Source: an uncultured virus (IMG/VR IMGVR_UViG_3300008266_011815) (Duplodnaviria > Heunggongvirae > Uroviricota > Caudoviricetes). Taken from it: 20,000 bases of DNA. The translations under genes and the position numbers were made by a program. Below, piece by piece: positions 1 to 6,841 of the stretch. How positions within the stretch are numbered: position 1 is the stretch's first letter; each line of letters starts with the position of its first letter. The notes under the pieces were generated by a model. The model was not told the origin of the DNA and searched no databases. It saw only the letters and a program-made list of their open reading frames with translations. The stretch lies in the IMG/VR virus record IMGVR_UViG_3300008266_011815. One strand, written 5' to 3'.

Positions 1-93
1 TTTGAAGATGCCGCTTTTGGTCTTGATGTTGGTGGCCTCAGCGAGCCAGTCCAGACACAGTTTGGTTTTCACGTAATCAAACGTACTGCGTAA
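1..93 (+). CDS. 3' end of parvulin-type peptidyl-prolyl cis-trans isomerase (PpiC/rotamase)
   Basis: Frame 1 reads FEDAAFGLDVGGLSEPVQTQFGFHVIKRTA*, matching the parvulin C-terminal motif FE.AAF.L..G..S.PV.T.FG.H.I; gene starts before the window. Confidence 0.9.
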   Translation, partial: FEDAAFGLDVGGLSEPVQTQFGFHVIKRTA

Positions 94-99
94 GAAATT

Positions 100-173
100 G
101 CCCTTTTAGTTAAATGGTATAACAGTTGATTTGTAATCATCAATTGGTGGTTCGATTCCATCAAGGGGCACCA
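100..173 (+). tRNA. tRNA-Thr(TGT)
   Basis: Acceptor GCCCTTT/AGGGGC, anticodon loop TTTGTAA (130-136), GGTTCGATTCC T-arm, 3' ACCA. Confidence 0.93.
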
Positions 174-180
174 AGAACCT

Positions 181-372
181 CGTAGGCCCATCTACGTTAT
201 AAATGGGGGTCTGTTGGCTTAACCAGAACGCCAAGGCTCATGCGATGTGCCTCAGAACCCGCTATATGGGTGCAAGAAAAATCGTAGGTGGGTTCTACAC
301 CTTACCAGAAGTAAATGTAGCGGACAGAGTAACAGCTCAGTCTAGGGCTAGTGAGGACTAGTGGCTAGGCAC
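181..372 (+). ncRNA. unassigned structured RNA with several pseudoknots, between tRNA-Thr and tRNA-Gly
   Basis: H-type pseudoknot CGTAG181-185/CTACG192-196 with CCCAT187-191/ATGGG203-207; crossing helices TGCGAT241-246/ATCGTA281-286 and AGAACCCGCT254-263/GGTGGGTTCT287-296; further hairpins 322-343 and 347-362; GC richer than the flanking CDSs; no credible ORF. Confidence 0.55.
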
Positions 373-376
373 TTTT

Positions 377-437
377 ATAGAACACATTCGGTTGGCTCAT
401 AGCCAACAGAGACATAAGAAACGTGAGTGTGTTTTAT
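377..437 (+). other. long stem-loop spacer element directly upstream of tRNA-Gly
   Basis: 13-bp stem ATAGAACACATTC377-389/GAGTGTGTTTTAT425-437 (2 G-U pairs) enclosing perfect hairpin GTTGGCT391-397/AGCCAAC401-407. Confidence 0.6.
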
Positions 438-445
438 CAAAGTAT

Positions 446-519
446 GCGGGGTTAGTTTAATGGTAAAACTACAGATTTCCAATCTGTTGTTGAGAGTTCG
501 ATTCTCTCACTCCGCTCCA
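446..519 (+). tRNA. tRNA-Gly(TCC)
   Basis: GCGGGGT/ACTCCGC acceptor, anticodon arm ACAGA-TTTCCAA-TCTGT, GTTCGATTC, U73 + CCA. Confidence 0.95.
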
Positions 520-526
520 GACATTT

Positions 527-604
527 CGGAGTGTGGCGCAGTCTGGCTAGCGCACCTGGTTTGGGACCAGGGGGTCCAAGGTTCGAATCCTTGTACTCCG
601 ACCA
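527..604 (+). tRNA. tRNA-Pro(TGG)
   Basis: CGGAGTG/TACTCCG acceptor, anticodon arm CCTGG-TTTGGGA-CCAGG, GGTTCGAATCC, ACCA. Confidence 0.95.
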
Positions 605-608
605 AGAC

Positions 609-787
609 GTTCTGTCTAATCAGCAGATACTGTGACCCGCAGGATGAGAAGTGGTGTGATAGCCAAGGGTGGTACCACTCCTACCGAAGTGGCGCTGGCA
701 ATGCGAGAACGGAACCCGTCGGGGAGTGGGTGGAGGCCATGGGTACGCAAGTAACTATGGTATAATTACCACCGGGGTTCGCAGAGC
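609..787 (+). ncRNA. structured ~180-nt RNA, probably manA-motif-like
   Basis: Closing stem GTTCTG609-614/CAGAGC782-787; GGTGGTA668-674/TACCACC767-773; CCACTCC675-681/GGAGTGG723-729; GCCATGG736-742/CTATGGT755-761 capped by TAC-GCAA-GTA GNRA loop; two possible pseudoknots ACCC635-638/GGGT728-731 and GAACCC712-717/GGGTTC775-780. Size, two-pseudoknot layout and phage tRNA-adjacent context fit the manA motif as I recall it; not verified by a covariance-model search. Confidence 0.6.
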
Positions 788-798
788 ACTTAATTCAT

Positions 799-876
799 GC
801 ACAGGTGGCAGAGAGGCCCAATGCAAGAGTCTGCAAAACTCTAAAGCCGTCGGTTCGAATCCGACCCTGTGCTCCA
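799..876 (+). tRNA. tRNA-Cys(GCA)
   Basis: GCACAGG/CCTGTGC acceptor, anticodon arm AGAGT-CTGCAAA-ACTCT, GGTTCGAATCC, U73 + CCA. Confidence 0.95.
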
Positions 877-890
877 TACTTTTAAACAGT

Positions 891-967
891 GGCGGAAGGG
901 TGAAACGGTTTACACGCTGGTCTCATAAGCCAGAAACATCAGGTTCGATTCCTGTTTTCCGCAACCA
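891..967 (+). tRNA. tRNA-Met(CAT), initiator-like, atypical
   Basis: Anticodon arm CTGGT-CTCATAA-GCCAG, GGTTCGATTCC, 3' end CCGCAACCA as in tRNA-fMet with a 1:72 mismatch (G:A); G at position 8 and one extra T at the T-stem/acceptor junction. Confidence 0.8.
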
Positions 968-995
968 AAGATAAATTATTATATGGAGTATTACT

Positions 996-1133
996 ATGAA
1001 GACTGGTGAAACTTTAAATAAAGCGTATGGTAATATTCCAAAAGAAGTTCCTAGAATAAATCTCTATGAGTTTGGTCCAGTGAGAGGTATTAAATACTAT
1101 TGGATTAAATTTATTAGAAGATTCACAAGATGA
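996..1133 (+). CDS. small hypothetical protein (45 aa, basic/aromatic C-terminus)
   Basis: GGAG Shine-Dalgarno at 985-988; MKTGETLNKAYGNIPKEVPRINLYEFGPVRGIKYYWIKFIRRFTR*; fills the gap between two tRNAs; absent from the ORF track, which lists nothing this short. Confidence 0.65.
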   Translation: MKTGETLNKAYGNIPKEVPRINLYEFGPVRGIKYYWIKFIRRFTR

Positions 1134-1134
1134 T

Positions 1135-1210
1135 GCGGGCGTAGCTCAGTTGGTAGAGCGTTACCTTGCCAAGGTAAATGTCGTCAGTTCGAACCTGATC
1201 GCCCGCTCCA
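1135..1210 (+). tRNA. tRNA-Gly(GCC)
   Basis: GCGGGCG/CGCCCGC acceptor, AGCTCAGTTGGTAGAGC D-arm, anticodon arm TTACC-TTGCCAA-GGTAA, U73 + CCA. Confidence 0.97.
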
Positions 1211-1211
1211 A

Positions 1212-1625
1212 TTACTTAAAGTAATTAGTTTCTCTCAGAGCAATGTTAATAAACTTGCTAGCAAATTCAAAATTTTTACTCAATGCTGTAAACAATTCCG
1301 GATTTAAAGATCTACTGGCTATACTATAGCTTGTTGACCCAATATTGATATAATAACCAATATCCATTCCTCGTTGTTTACCAAAGGTTGGGAATACTCC
1401 GCAGAGAAACAAACATTCGTCACCAAGATGCTTGGCATCACTAGCCGTTTGTATTGTTAAATAATTTTCAGCAATACTAGGTTTTGGATACCAATCGCTC
1501 TTTTCCATATGATCTGCCAATAGCAGCAGTATATAACTTTCAACATATTTGGGGAGCTCGTAGCCATAAAACTCGCTAGCCTCTTGCAAAAGTTGATAAA
1601 AGGCTGTAATATAGTGGTTGTTCAT
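1212..1625 (-). CDS. hypothetical helical protein (137 aa), antisense within the tRNA array
   Basis: Start moved to MNNHYITAF (1625) because the longer ORF overlaps tRNA-Trp; TAAATA box 5 nt upstream on the minus strand; motif LGDECLFLCGVFP...YYINIGSTSY resembles a proteobacterial conserved hypothetical family (from memory). Confidence 0.75.
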   Translation of the reverse strand: MNNHYITAFYQLLQEASEFYGYELPKYVESYILLLLADHMEKSDWYPKPSIAENYLTIQTASDAKHLGDECLFLCGVFPTFGKQRGMDIGYYINIGSTSYSIASRSLNPELFTALSKNFEFASKFINIALRETNYFK

Positions 1626-1640
1626 AAAAATATTTATTAC

Positions 1641-1714
1641 TACTCCATAGTGTAACGGCAGCATACCGGTCTCCAAAACCGTTGGTCGCGGTTCGAATCC
1701 GTGTGGGGTAGCCA
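1641..1714 (+). tRNA. tRNA-Trp(CCA)
   Basis: TACTCCA/TGGGGTA acceptor, anticodon loop CTCCAAA, GGTTCGAATCC, G73 + CCA. Confidence 0.93.
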
Positions 1715-1730
1715 TTAAAGAGAGATACAA

Positions 1731-2297
1731 ATGAGAAACTTAATTTTAACTTTAGACAGCAGCGGATTACCTCATGATTGGACTACTTGGCAAGATGCCG
1801 TTACATTGAAGTGTAAGGGATCTATCGCCTGGGAATTTGGTGATGAAGAATTCGTTTTCAGAGGCGGTACTAACCGTATGACTGGGCTACCTTCTGAAGT
1901 TAGTATCAGTTCGATTATAGCTCTCAAATCTAAATTTTCTAACCGAAATCGAACACCGGCATTTAACAATCGAAACCTTTTTAGAAGAGATCTAGGCGTA
2001 TGTGCTTACTGTGGCGTAACACACAAAGAAATTGATCTTACCAAAGATCATATTCAACCACAAAGCAGAGGCGGAGTTACTAACTGGATGAACTGCGTTA
2101 CTGCATGTAAACGCTGTAACAACAAAAAGGACGATAGAACTCCTGAAGAAGCAAATATGTTACTAAAGTATGTGCCGTATATTCCAGATCGAGCAGAAGG
2201 ATTAATACTGCGTAATAGAAACATACTTGTAGATCAAATGGAGTTTTTGAAAAACTTTTTACCCAAGCACAGTAGAATGTTATCAATGTTTAACTAA
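1731..2297 (+). CDS. HNH endonuclease (McrA/COG1403-like)
   Basis: NLFRRD..CAYCG...LTKDHIQPQSRGG...WMNCVTACKRCNNKK: zinc-finger HNH signature. Confidence 0.92.
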   Translation: MRNLILTLDSSGLPHDWTTWQDAVTLKCKGSIAWEFGDEEFVFRGGTNRMTGLPSEVSISSIIALKSKFSNRNRTPAFNNRNLFRRDLGVCAYCGVTHKEIDLTKDHIQPQSRGGVTNWMNCVTACKRCNNKKDDRTPEEANMLLKYVPYIPDRAEGLILRNRNILVDQMEFLKNFLPKHSRMLSMFN

Positions 2298-2310
2298 CCT
2301 TAAGGCAAAT

Positions 2311-3153
2311 ATGAAAAAACTTATCAGCATCTTTATTTTAGGCATAACTCTTTTTTCCAACAATGTACAAGCAGAACGACCAAGAGATGTCATTATGCGT
2401 GACTTTAATCAAGGAGTTAATAGACTAGATCTTAACGACGATCAAAAGAAGAAATGGGACGCTGTTATCAGCACCATCTTTCGTCTACATGAAAAGTTAG
2501 GTGGATGGGGTAAGTACGCTCAAGCTGGCGCACCTTGGGTACAGTATCCAGGGCATTGGTACGTGGTTAGGCACACTAGTGACCCTGCTAGTGATCTAGT
2601 AAACAAATATTCTACTATCACAGTAGAAGATTATAATCGAGTTATTAGAGCTCACATTGACATCCATATTCGAATGGAGGAATTTGATAATAGTCTAGAT
2701 ATAAAAACACGTCGACAATTTCGTTCTCATTTTAGAGATGTTTGGGCATGGGTATATGACCAAATGACAGATCAGTTGAGTAGATCTCTAGACAAAGAAA
2801 TCAAAGACACTAGATCATTTACATCGAATATAAAACTTTCTAAAGAACAAAGAAAGCAAGTTGACGATTATCTGTCCGAACTTGAGCAAGCAAGAAAGGA
2901 TACTTCCGAAGCTAAAAGCGAAGGACGTAAGACCATGTGGAAGATTATGACTAATGCTGAAATTCCATGGGGGCAAAATCCTCTAATGTGTTCGACCTTT
3001 TTTAATGCTTATGGTCGAACAATGGACACTTATATAGCCACAGTAAAAAATATTGAAGCTGTGTTAGACGAAGATCAAAAAATTATTTTTCAAAAAAATG
3101 TAGTAGCCAAATATCAAAAAGAATTTGACAGTCTTACCAGCACACTTAAATAG
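2311..3153 (+). CDS. secreted helical protein, possibly tandem Spy/CpxP (LTXXQ)-like
   Basis: Signal peptide MKKLISIFILGITLFSNNVQA; repeated LxLxxxQ-like motifs (LDLNDDQKKK, IKLSKEQRKQ, VLDEDQKII). Confidence 0.5.
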   Translation: MKKLISIFILGITLFSNNVQAERPRDVIMRDFNQGVNRLDLNDDQKKKWDAVISTIFRLHEKLGGWGKYAQAGAPWVQYPGHWYVVRHTSDPASDLVNKYSTITVEDYNRVIRAHIDIHIRMEEFDNSLDIKTRRQFRSHFRDVWAWVYDQMTDQLSRSLDKEIKDTRSFTSNIKLSKEQRKQVDDYLSELEQARKDTSEAKSEGRKTMWKIMTNAEIPWGQNPLMCSTFFNAYGRTMDTYIATVKNIEAVLDEDQKIIFQKNVVAKYQKEFDSLTSTLK

Positions 3154-3156
3154 TGT

Positions 3157-4470
3157 ATGAACGTAGATATTAGAGACTGTACACATTTTGGTATATTACA
3201 CAGACCTGATAAGTATCTTTCCGAAAGTGTTGCTAATCAAAGTTTTGAAATAACACAATACTGGACAGAAACTTATATAAAAACTTATCAGGTCTCTGCA
3301 GACATTGATGAACTTTTAAAAATTGCATTAGCGCAAGGCAAAAAGTATTGCCTTATTCAAGAATCAGGAAATATGATCTTTGATCATAGTTTCTACAAAA
3401 CTCTAGCACCCTATCTTAATAATGACAATTGGTTTGCAATTGCTCACATCATTGCCAAAGAATCAACAGGCATACACCCCCAAACCATTTTTGTAAATGT
3501 AGAAAATTGGAATCGTATTGGACAACCTAGTTATCAAGAACACGCTCCTAATAGTCCAATAGATTTAATTGTACCAAAAAAAAGTTTAAGCAATATACAC
3601 GATGATTATACGCCTTTATGGATATTGCCTTCTAAGAATACAACCGCTGTCAGTGATTATCAGCCTGGGTGGGGTTGGATTAACTCTGCGTTAGAAGCAG
3701 GACTGATCGTACGGAACTTTACACATGATATGAGACAATATAAAGTTTTCTTGTACCCAGATAAAGACCACCTATGGTATGATATGCAGAGTATGATTCT
3801 TCATTCTCTAGCAGTAGAGCGTACTAAAGTATTTTTTGATAATACTGAAGGTATAAGTGGATTTGAATCTGTGTCTAATATTGATAATTTTTATCTAGTA
3901 GCTAGCGGTTTCAAACCAAACGTTATTGCCGAAGCTTGCGGATTTAATAATAATACAAACATTTGTTATATAGACTATAGCGGCAATGCACTTGAATTTA
4001 AAAGATGGTTGCATAAGAATTGGGATGGTCGAAACTATGTAGAAACTGTTCGACAATATGTTACCATGATACCTGCACTATTTGAAAGTGTTAAATTTGC
4101 AGATGTAGAAGATCACTGGCGTCAAGTAATTAATTATTTTGGTAGTGAAGAAAAGTTTGCTCTACACTGGAAAAAATTTAACAGTTGTAAAATAAGTTAT
4201 TTGCTAGTAGACATTGTAGGATTTCAAAGAAACTATCTGATTAACGTAATTGATCCAACAAAGAACAATGCTATTTGGTGGAGCCATGCTTTTAATACAT
4301 TTAACAGTCTTATGTTAAAAGGACGAGAAGGATCAGCAGTGTGCTATAAACATTGGATAGAAGATCTCTACAAACGAGATCCAAATATCATAACACTCAG
4401 TTGCTACGATAATCGACAAGAGTTATTACCATCTACTTCACTCAAGGAATACTTTAATGGATCTATATAA
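3157..4470 (+). CDS. hypothetical two-domain enzyme-like protein (437 aa)
   Basis: Long ORF overlapping the start of the downstream oxygenase; N-half has IHPQTIFVN and IHDDYTPLW motifs; C-half has a Rossmann/MTase-like strand ICYIDYSGNAL; function not assignable. Confidence 0.75.
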   Translation: MNVDIRDCTHFGILHRPDKYLSESVANQSFEITQYWTETYIKTYQVSADIDELLKIALAQGKKYCLIQESGNMIFDHSFYKTLAPYLNNDNWFAIAHIIAKESTGIHPQTIFVNVENWNRIGQPSYQEHAPNSPIDLIVPKKSLSNIHDDYTPLWILPSKNTTAVSDYQPGWGWINSALEAGLIVRNFTHDMRQYKVFLYPDKDHLWYDMQSMILHSLAVERTKVFFDNTEGISGFESVSNIDNFYLVASGFKPNVIAEACGFNNNTNICYIDYSGNALEFKRWLHKNWDGRNYVETVRQYVTMIPALFESVKFADVEDHWRQVINYFGSEEKFALHWKKFNSCKISYLLVDIVGFQRNYLINVIDPTKNNAIWWSHAFNTFNSLMLKGREGSAVCYKHWIEDLYKRDPNIITLSCYDNRQELLPSTSLKEYFNGSI

Positions 4471-5074
4471 TTGGATTATATTTCAAAGTAGATTACCTTG
4501 GTTAAAGATTATGCAAGACTGTCCTCACGACGAGATGCTAGCCGAGGCACGGGCAGTTAGGTCAAGATTTGTAGCTCATAGATATACTACCGGTGAGACT
4601 CATCAAGGTTGGAGTAGTTTAGTCGTGCATGGCCTTGGTCCTGAATGTACTTTGGCCCACGAATCATATGGCTACGACGATATAATGCAAGCACCACATG
4701 CATGGACAGAAATAGCAGACTTATGTCCTGTAACTAAGAGTTGGATAGAAAGTTTAGAATTTGAACACCTTTTTAGAGTAAGATTTATGTTGTTAGAAGC
4801 TGGCGGATTTATTGCTGAACATACTGACACTGATCAGTCTAGATTATTTGCGTATAATGTAGCTCTTAATCAACCCGAAGAATGTGTGTTTACAATGACA
4901 GAACACGGTCCAATACCATTTAATAAAGGCGATACATTTTTGTTAGATGTTAGCAACAGTCATCATGTGTATAATAATTCGAATGAAGATCGTTATCATA
5001 TAATCATACACGGTGTTCCGGGAGCAAAGGCTAGAGATCGAGTAGTAAAAAGTTTCTTAAAGAATAAAAAATGA
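4457..5074 (+). CDS. aspartyl/asparaginyl beta-hydroxylase-like 2OG-Fe(II) oxygenase
   Basis: RVRFMLLEAGGFIAEHTD (HxD)...SHHVYNNSNEDRYHIIIHG (distal His and 2OG-binding Arg). Confidence 0.85.
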   Translation: MDLYNWIIFQSRLPWLKIMQDCPHDEMLAEARAVRSRFVAHRYTTGETHQGWSSLVVHGLGPECTLAHESYGYDDIMQAPHAWTEIADLCPVTKSWIESLEFEHLFRVRFMLLEAGGFIAEHTDTDQSRLFAYNVALNQPEECVFTMTEHGPIPFNKGDTFLLDVSNSHHVYNNSNEDRYHIIIHGVPGAKARDRVVKSFLKNKK

Positions 5075-5784
5075 GCACACATCCTTATTATCCAAGATTC
5101 ACATACTTTAATCAGCAGTTAGAAAACTTCGATTGGACTAACAGTAAAATTTTAGACTACGGAGGTAACTGGGGTAATCTGTTAAGAGATCCTAGCAGTA
5201 CTATACCCCAAGAAAATTACTGGTGCATCGATGTAAGTGAAGATGCTATCAATCAAGGTAAACAAGATTATCCTAATGCACATTGGTACTATTACAATAA
5301 ATGGAATCATTGCTACAACAGTAACGGAGATAAGAGTTTAAAAATACCTAGCCTTGAAACTAAATTTGATCTGATTACTGCATTCAGTGTAGTAACACAT
5401 GTCACAGAAGAAGACATGATAGACATAATATATCATGATTTATTTCCATTGCTTAATACAAACGGTATTCTAGCTTTTACATTACTAGAACCTTCTGCTT
5501 TAGTTTATTTTGCTAAAAAACGAGGACTTAGTCTAATTGAGATAACAAAACTATTAAGCAAGGCCGCAGCACACAAAGATAGTCTTTATTACATTAACTC
5601 AGATATCATTATAGGTGTAGATCAGCCAGTACCGTTGCCTAGCTCTGATTTCTTTGTAAGCTTTTATTCGATAGAACGTGCCAAAAAAATATTCTCTAAT
5701 AACCTTCTAGATATTAAAAAACCTGCAAACAGCGAGATACAATATTGTGTATTTCTTAAGAATCATCCTGCTCAAGAAGAATAA
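5071..5784 (+). CDS. class I SAM-dependent methyltransferase
   Basis: ILDYGGNWG motif I, CIDVS motif II, FDLITAFSVVTH motif IV, LLNTNGIL. Confidence 0.85.
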   Translation: MSTHPYYPRFTYFNQQLENFDWTNSKILDYGGNWGNLLRDPSSTIPQENYWCIDVSEDAINQGKQDYPNAHWYYYNKWNHCYNSNGDKSLKIPSLETKFDLITAFSVVTHVTEEDMIDIIYHDLFPLLNTNGILAFTLLEPSALVYFAKKRGLSLIEITKLLSKAAAHKDSLYYINSDIIIGVDQPVPLPSSDFFVSFYSIERAKKIFSNNLLDIKKPANSEIQYCVFLKNHPAQEE

Positions 5785-6319
5785 TTGGATCAGGATCTAA
5801 TCCTACAGACAGAGTTACCCGAGGAACTTTTGCTTCATCATTAAGTTTGATTCCGTGCGGCTTACTAATTCTTAAAACAGTTGGTTCGTCAACTGTTACT
5901 TCATCTACAAGATTATAATCAGTGTTTACAACGCTGTAGAATACTGCCCCGTTAGGGAAAATCTCTTGGCTAAATTTAACATTAGCATAAAAACTTGTAA
6001 CTGTTTCTTCACAGTTTACAATAGGAATGTTTACTCTTGCTCTATCTGCACCAGAGTCAACATGAATCGCGCCTTCATAATTACTCAACATTATGTAAGC
6101 AATAACAAATTTTACCTTAAACCCTAATTCTTCAAATGCTTGATCAAACTCAGGACATTCTTTTCTAAACTCTTTATGATCAAATAAAAACACTGGAACT
6201 ATATTTCTTAGATCTTGAGGATTAGTTAAAAACTTTTCTTTTTCCTTATCTAAAAACTCTTCTGCTTTTTTTTGAATAACATCCAGATTTTTTAATTTAA
6301 TTTTTTTCCAGTATTTCAT
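5756..6319 (-). CDS. 2OG-Fe(II) oxygenase/cupin-like protein
   Basis: AIHVD...ARVNIPI.N...PTVLRISKPHGI...PRVTLS: HxD...H...R double-stranded beta-helix pattern. Confidence 0.7.
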   Translation of the reverse strand: MKYWKKIKLKNLDVIQKKAEEFLDKEKEKFLTNPQDLRNIVPVFLFDHKEFRKECPEFDQAFEELGFKVKFVIAYIMLSNYEGAIHVDSGADRARVNIPIVNCEETVTSFYANVKFSQEIFPNGAVFYSVVNTDYNLVDEVTVDEPTVLRISKPHGIKLNDEAKVPRVTLSVGLDPDPIILLEQDDS

Positions 6320-6328
6320 TTCTAATCC

Positions 6329-6787
6329 TTAAAAAATACATCCACTTATACTTAATCTTTTTTTACCTGGAGTTAAGTTCCAAGCTCTATGCATGGTGTC
6401 AACTTTTAACATGTGCCACCTATGCGGCATTATTACTTCTGAATGCAAAATAGTTTCTTTATCATCTTCATAAAATGTTGTTTCGACATCTTCATTTCCT
6501 TGATTAAAGATGTAATTAAATTTTATAGTTGCTCCAATGTCCTTGTGCATTGGTAAATCAGTTCGTATGACTTGCACAAACCATTTTATTGATTTACATA
6601 TATTTTCTTTGCACCATTGATTCAAATTATCAGTTGGTGGAATCGAACTGTATATATGTTTCATAATTTTATACTTTGGATCGTTCTCTGGGAACGCATT
6701 ATTTTTTTGAGACAAGATATATTCGTCGGTTATCTCATCTAAAAGCTCTTGAGGTATTCTGGGTAAATTTATATAGGTCACGTACAT
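6329..6787 (-). CDS. 2OG-Fe(II) oxygenase/cupin-like protein
   Basis: PMHKD...FNYI...WHMLKVDTMHRAWN...RLSIS: HxD...H...RxS pattern. Confidence 0.7.
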   Translation of the reverse strand: MYVTYINLPRIPQELLDEITDEYILSQKNNAFPENDPKYKIMKHIYSSIPPTDNLNQWCKENICKSIKWFVQVIRTDLPMHKDIGATIKFNYIFNQGNEDVETTFYEDDKETILHSEVIMPHRWHMLKVDTMHRAWNLTPGKKRLSISGCIF

Positions 6788-6793
6788 GGAAAA

Positions 6794-6822
6794 TATTTAT
6801 CTGCTACTATTATCAATAAATA
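6794..6822. promoter_or_regulatory. divergent pair of TAAATA late-promoter boxes
   Basis: TAAATA on the minus strand at 6794-6799 (6 nt before ATG 6787) and on the plus strand at 6817-6822 (before GAGG SD and ATG 6842). Confidence 0.6.
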
Positions 6823-6841
6823 TAGAAAAGTAGAGGAACTT

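Noticed and set aside
181..437. tmRNA (the first pseudoknot resembles pk1 geometry)
   Set aside because: No tRNA-Ala-like acceptor/T-arm ends and no tag reading frame after the pseudoknot
427..974. ORFs 427..765 and 669..974
   Set aside because: They run across tRNA genes and a structured RNA; spurious frames in GC-richer RNA genes
1626..1730. N-terminal extension of ORF 1212..1730
   Set aside because: It is the antisense of tRNA-Trp; the plausible start is ATG at 1625
1731..2297. IscB/Cas9-like RNA-guided nuclease
   Set aside because: Only 188 aa with no RuvC motifs or PLMP N-terminus; no CRISPR repeats seen in the window
3151..3159. TAG read-through or alternative genetic code fusing 2311..3153 with in-frame 3157..4470
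   Set aside because: Recognisable genes are full-length under code 11 without internal TAG/TGA, and no suppressor tRNA is present in the window; the in-frame arrangement is likely chance
5756..5784. 29-bp convergent overlap of methyltransferase and cupin genes
   Set aside because: Short tail-to-tail overlaps are common in compact phage genomes; no further structure seen
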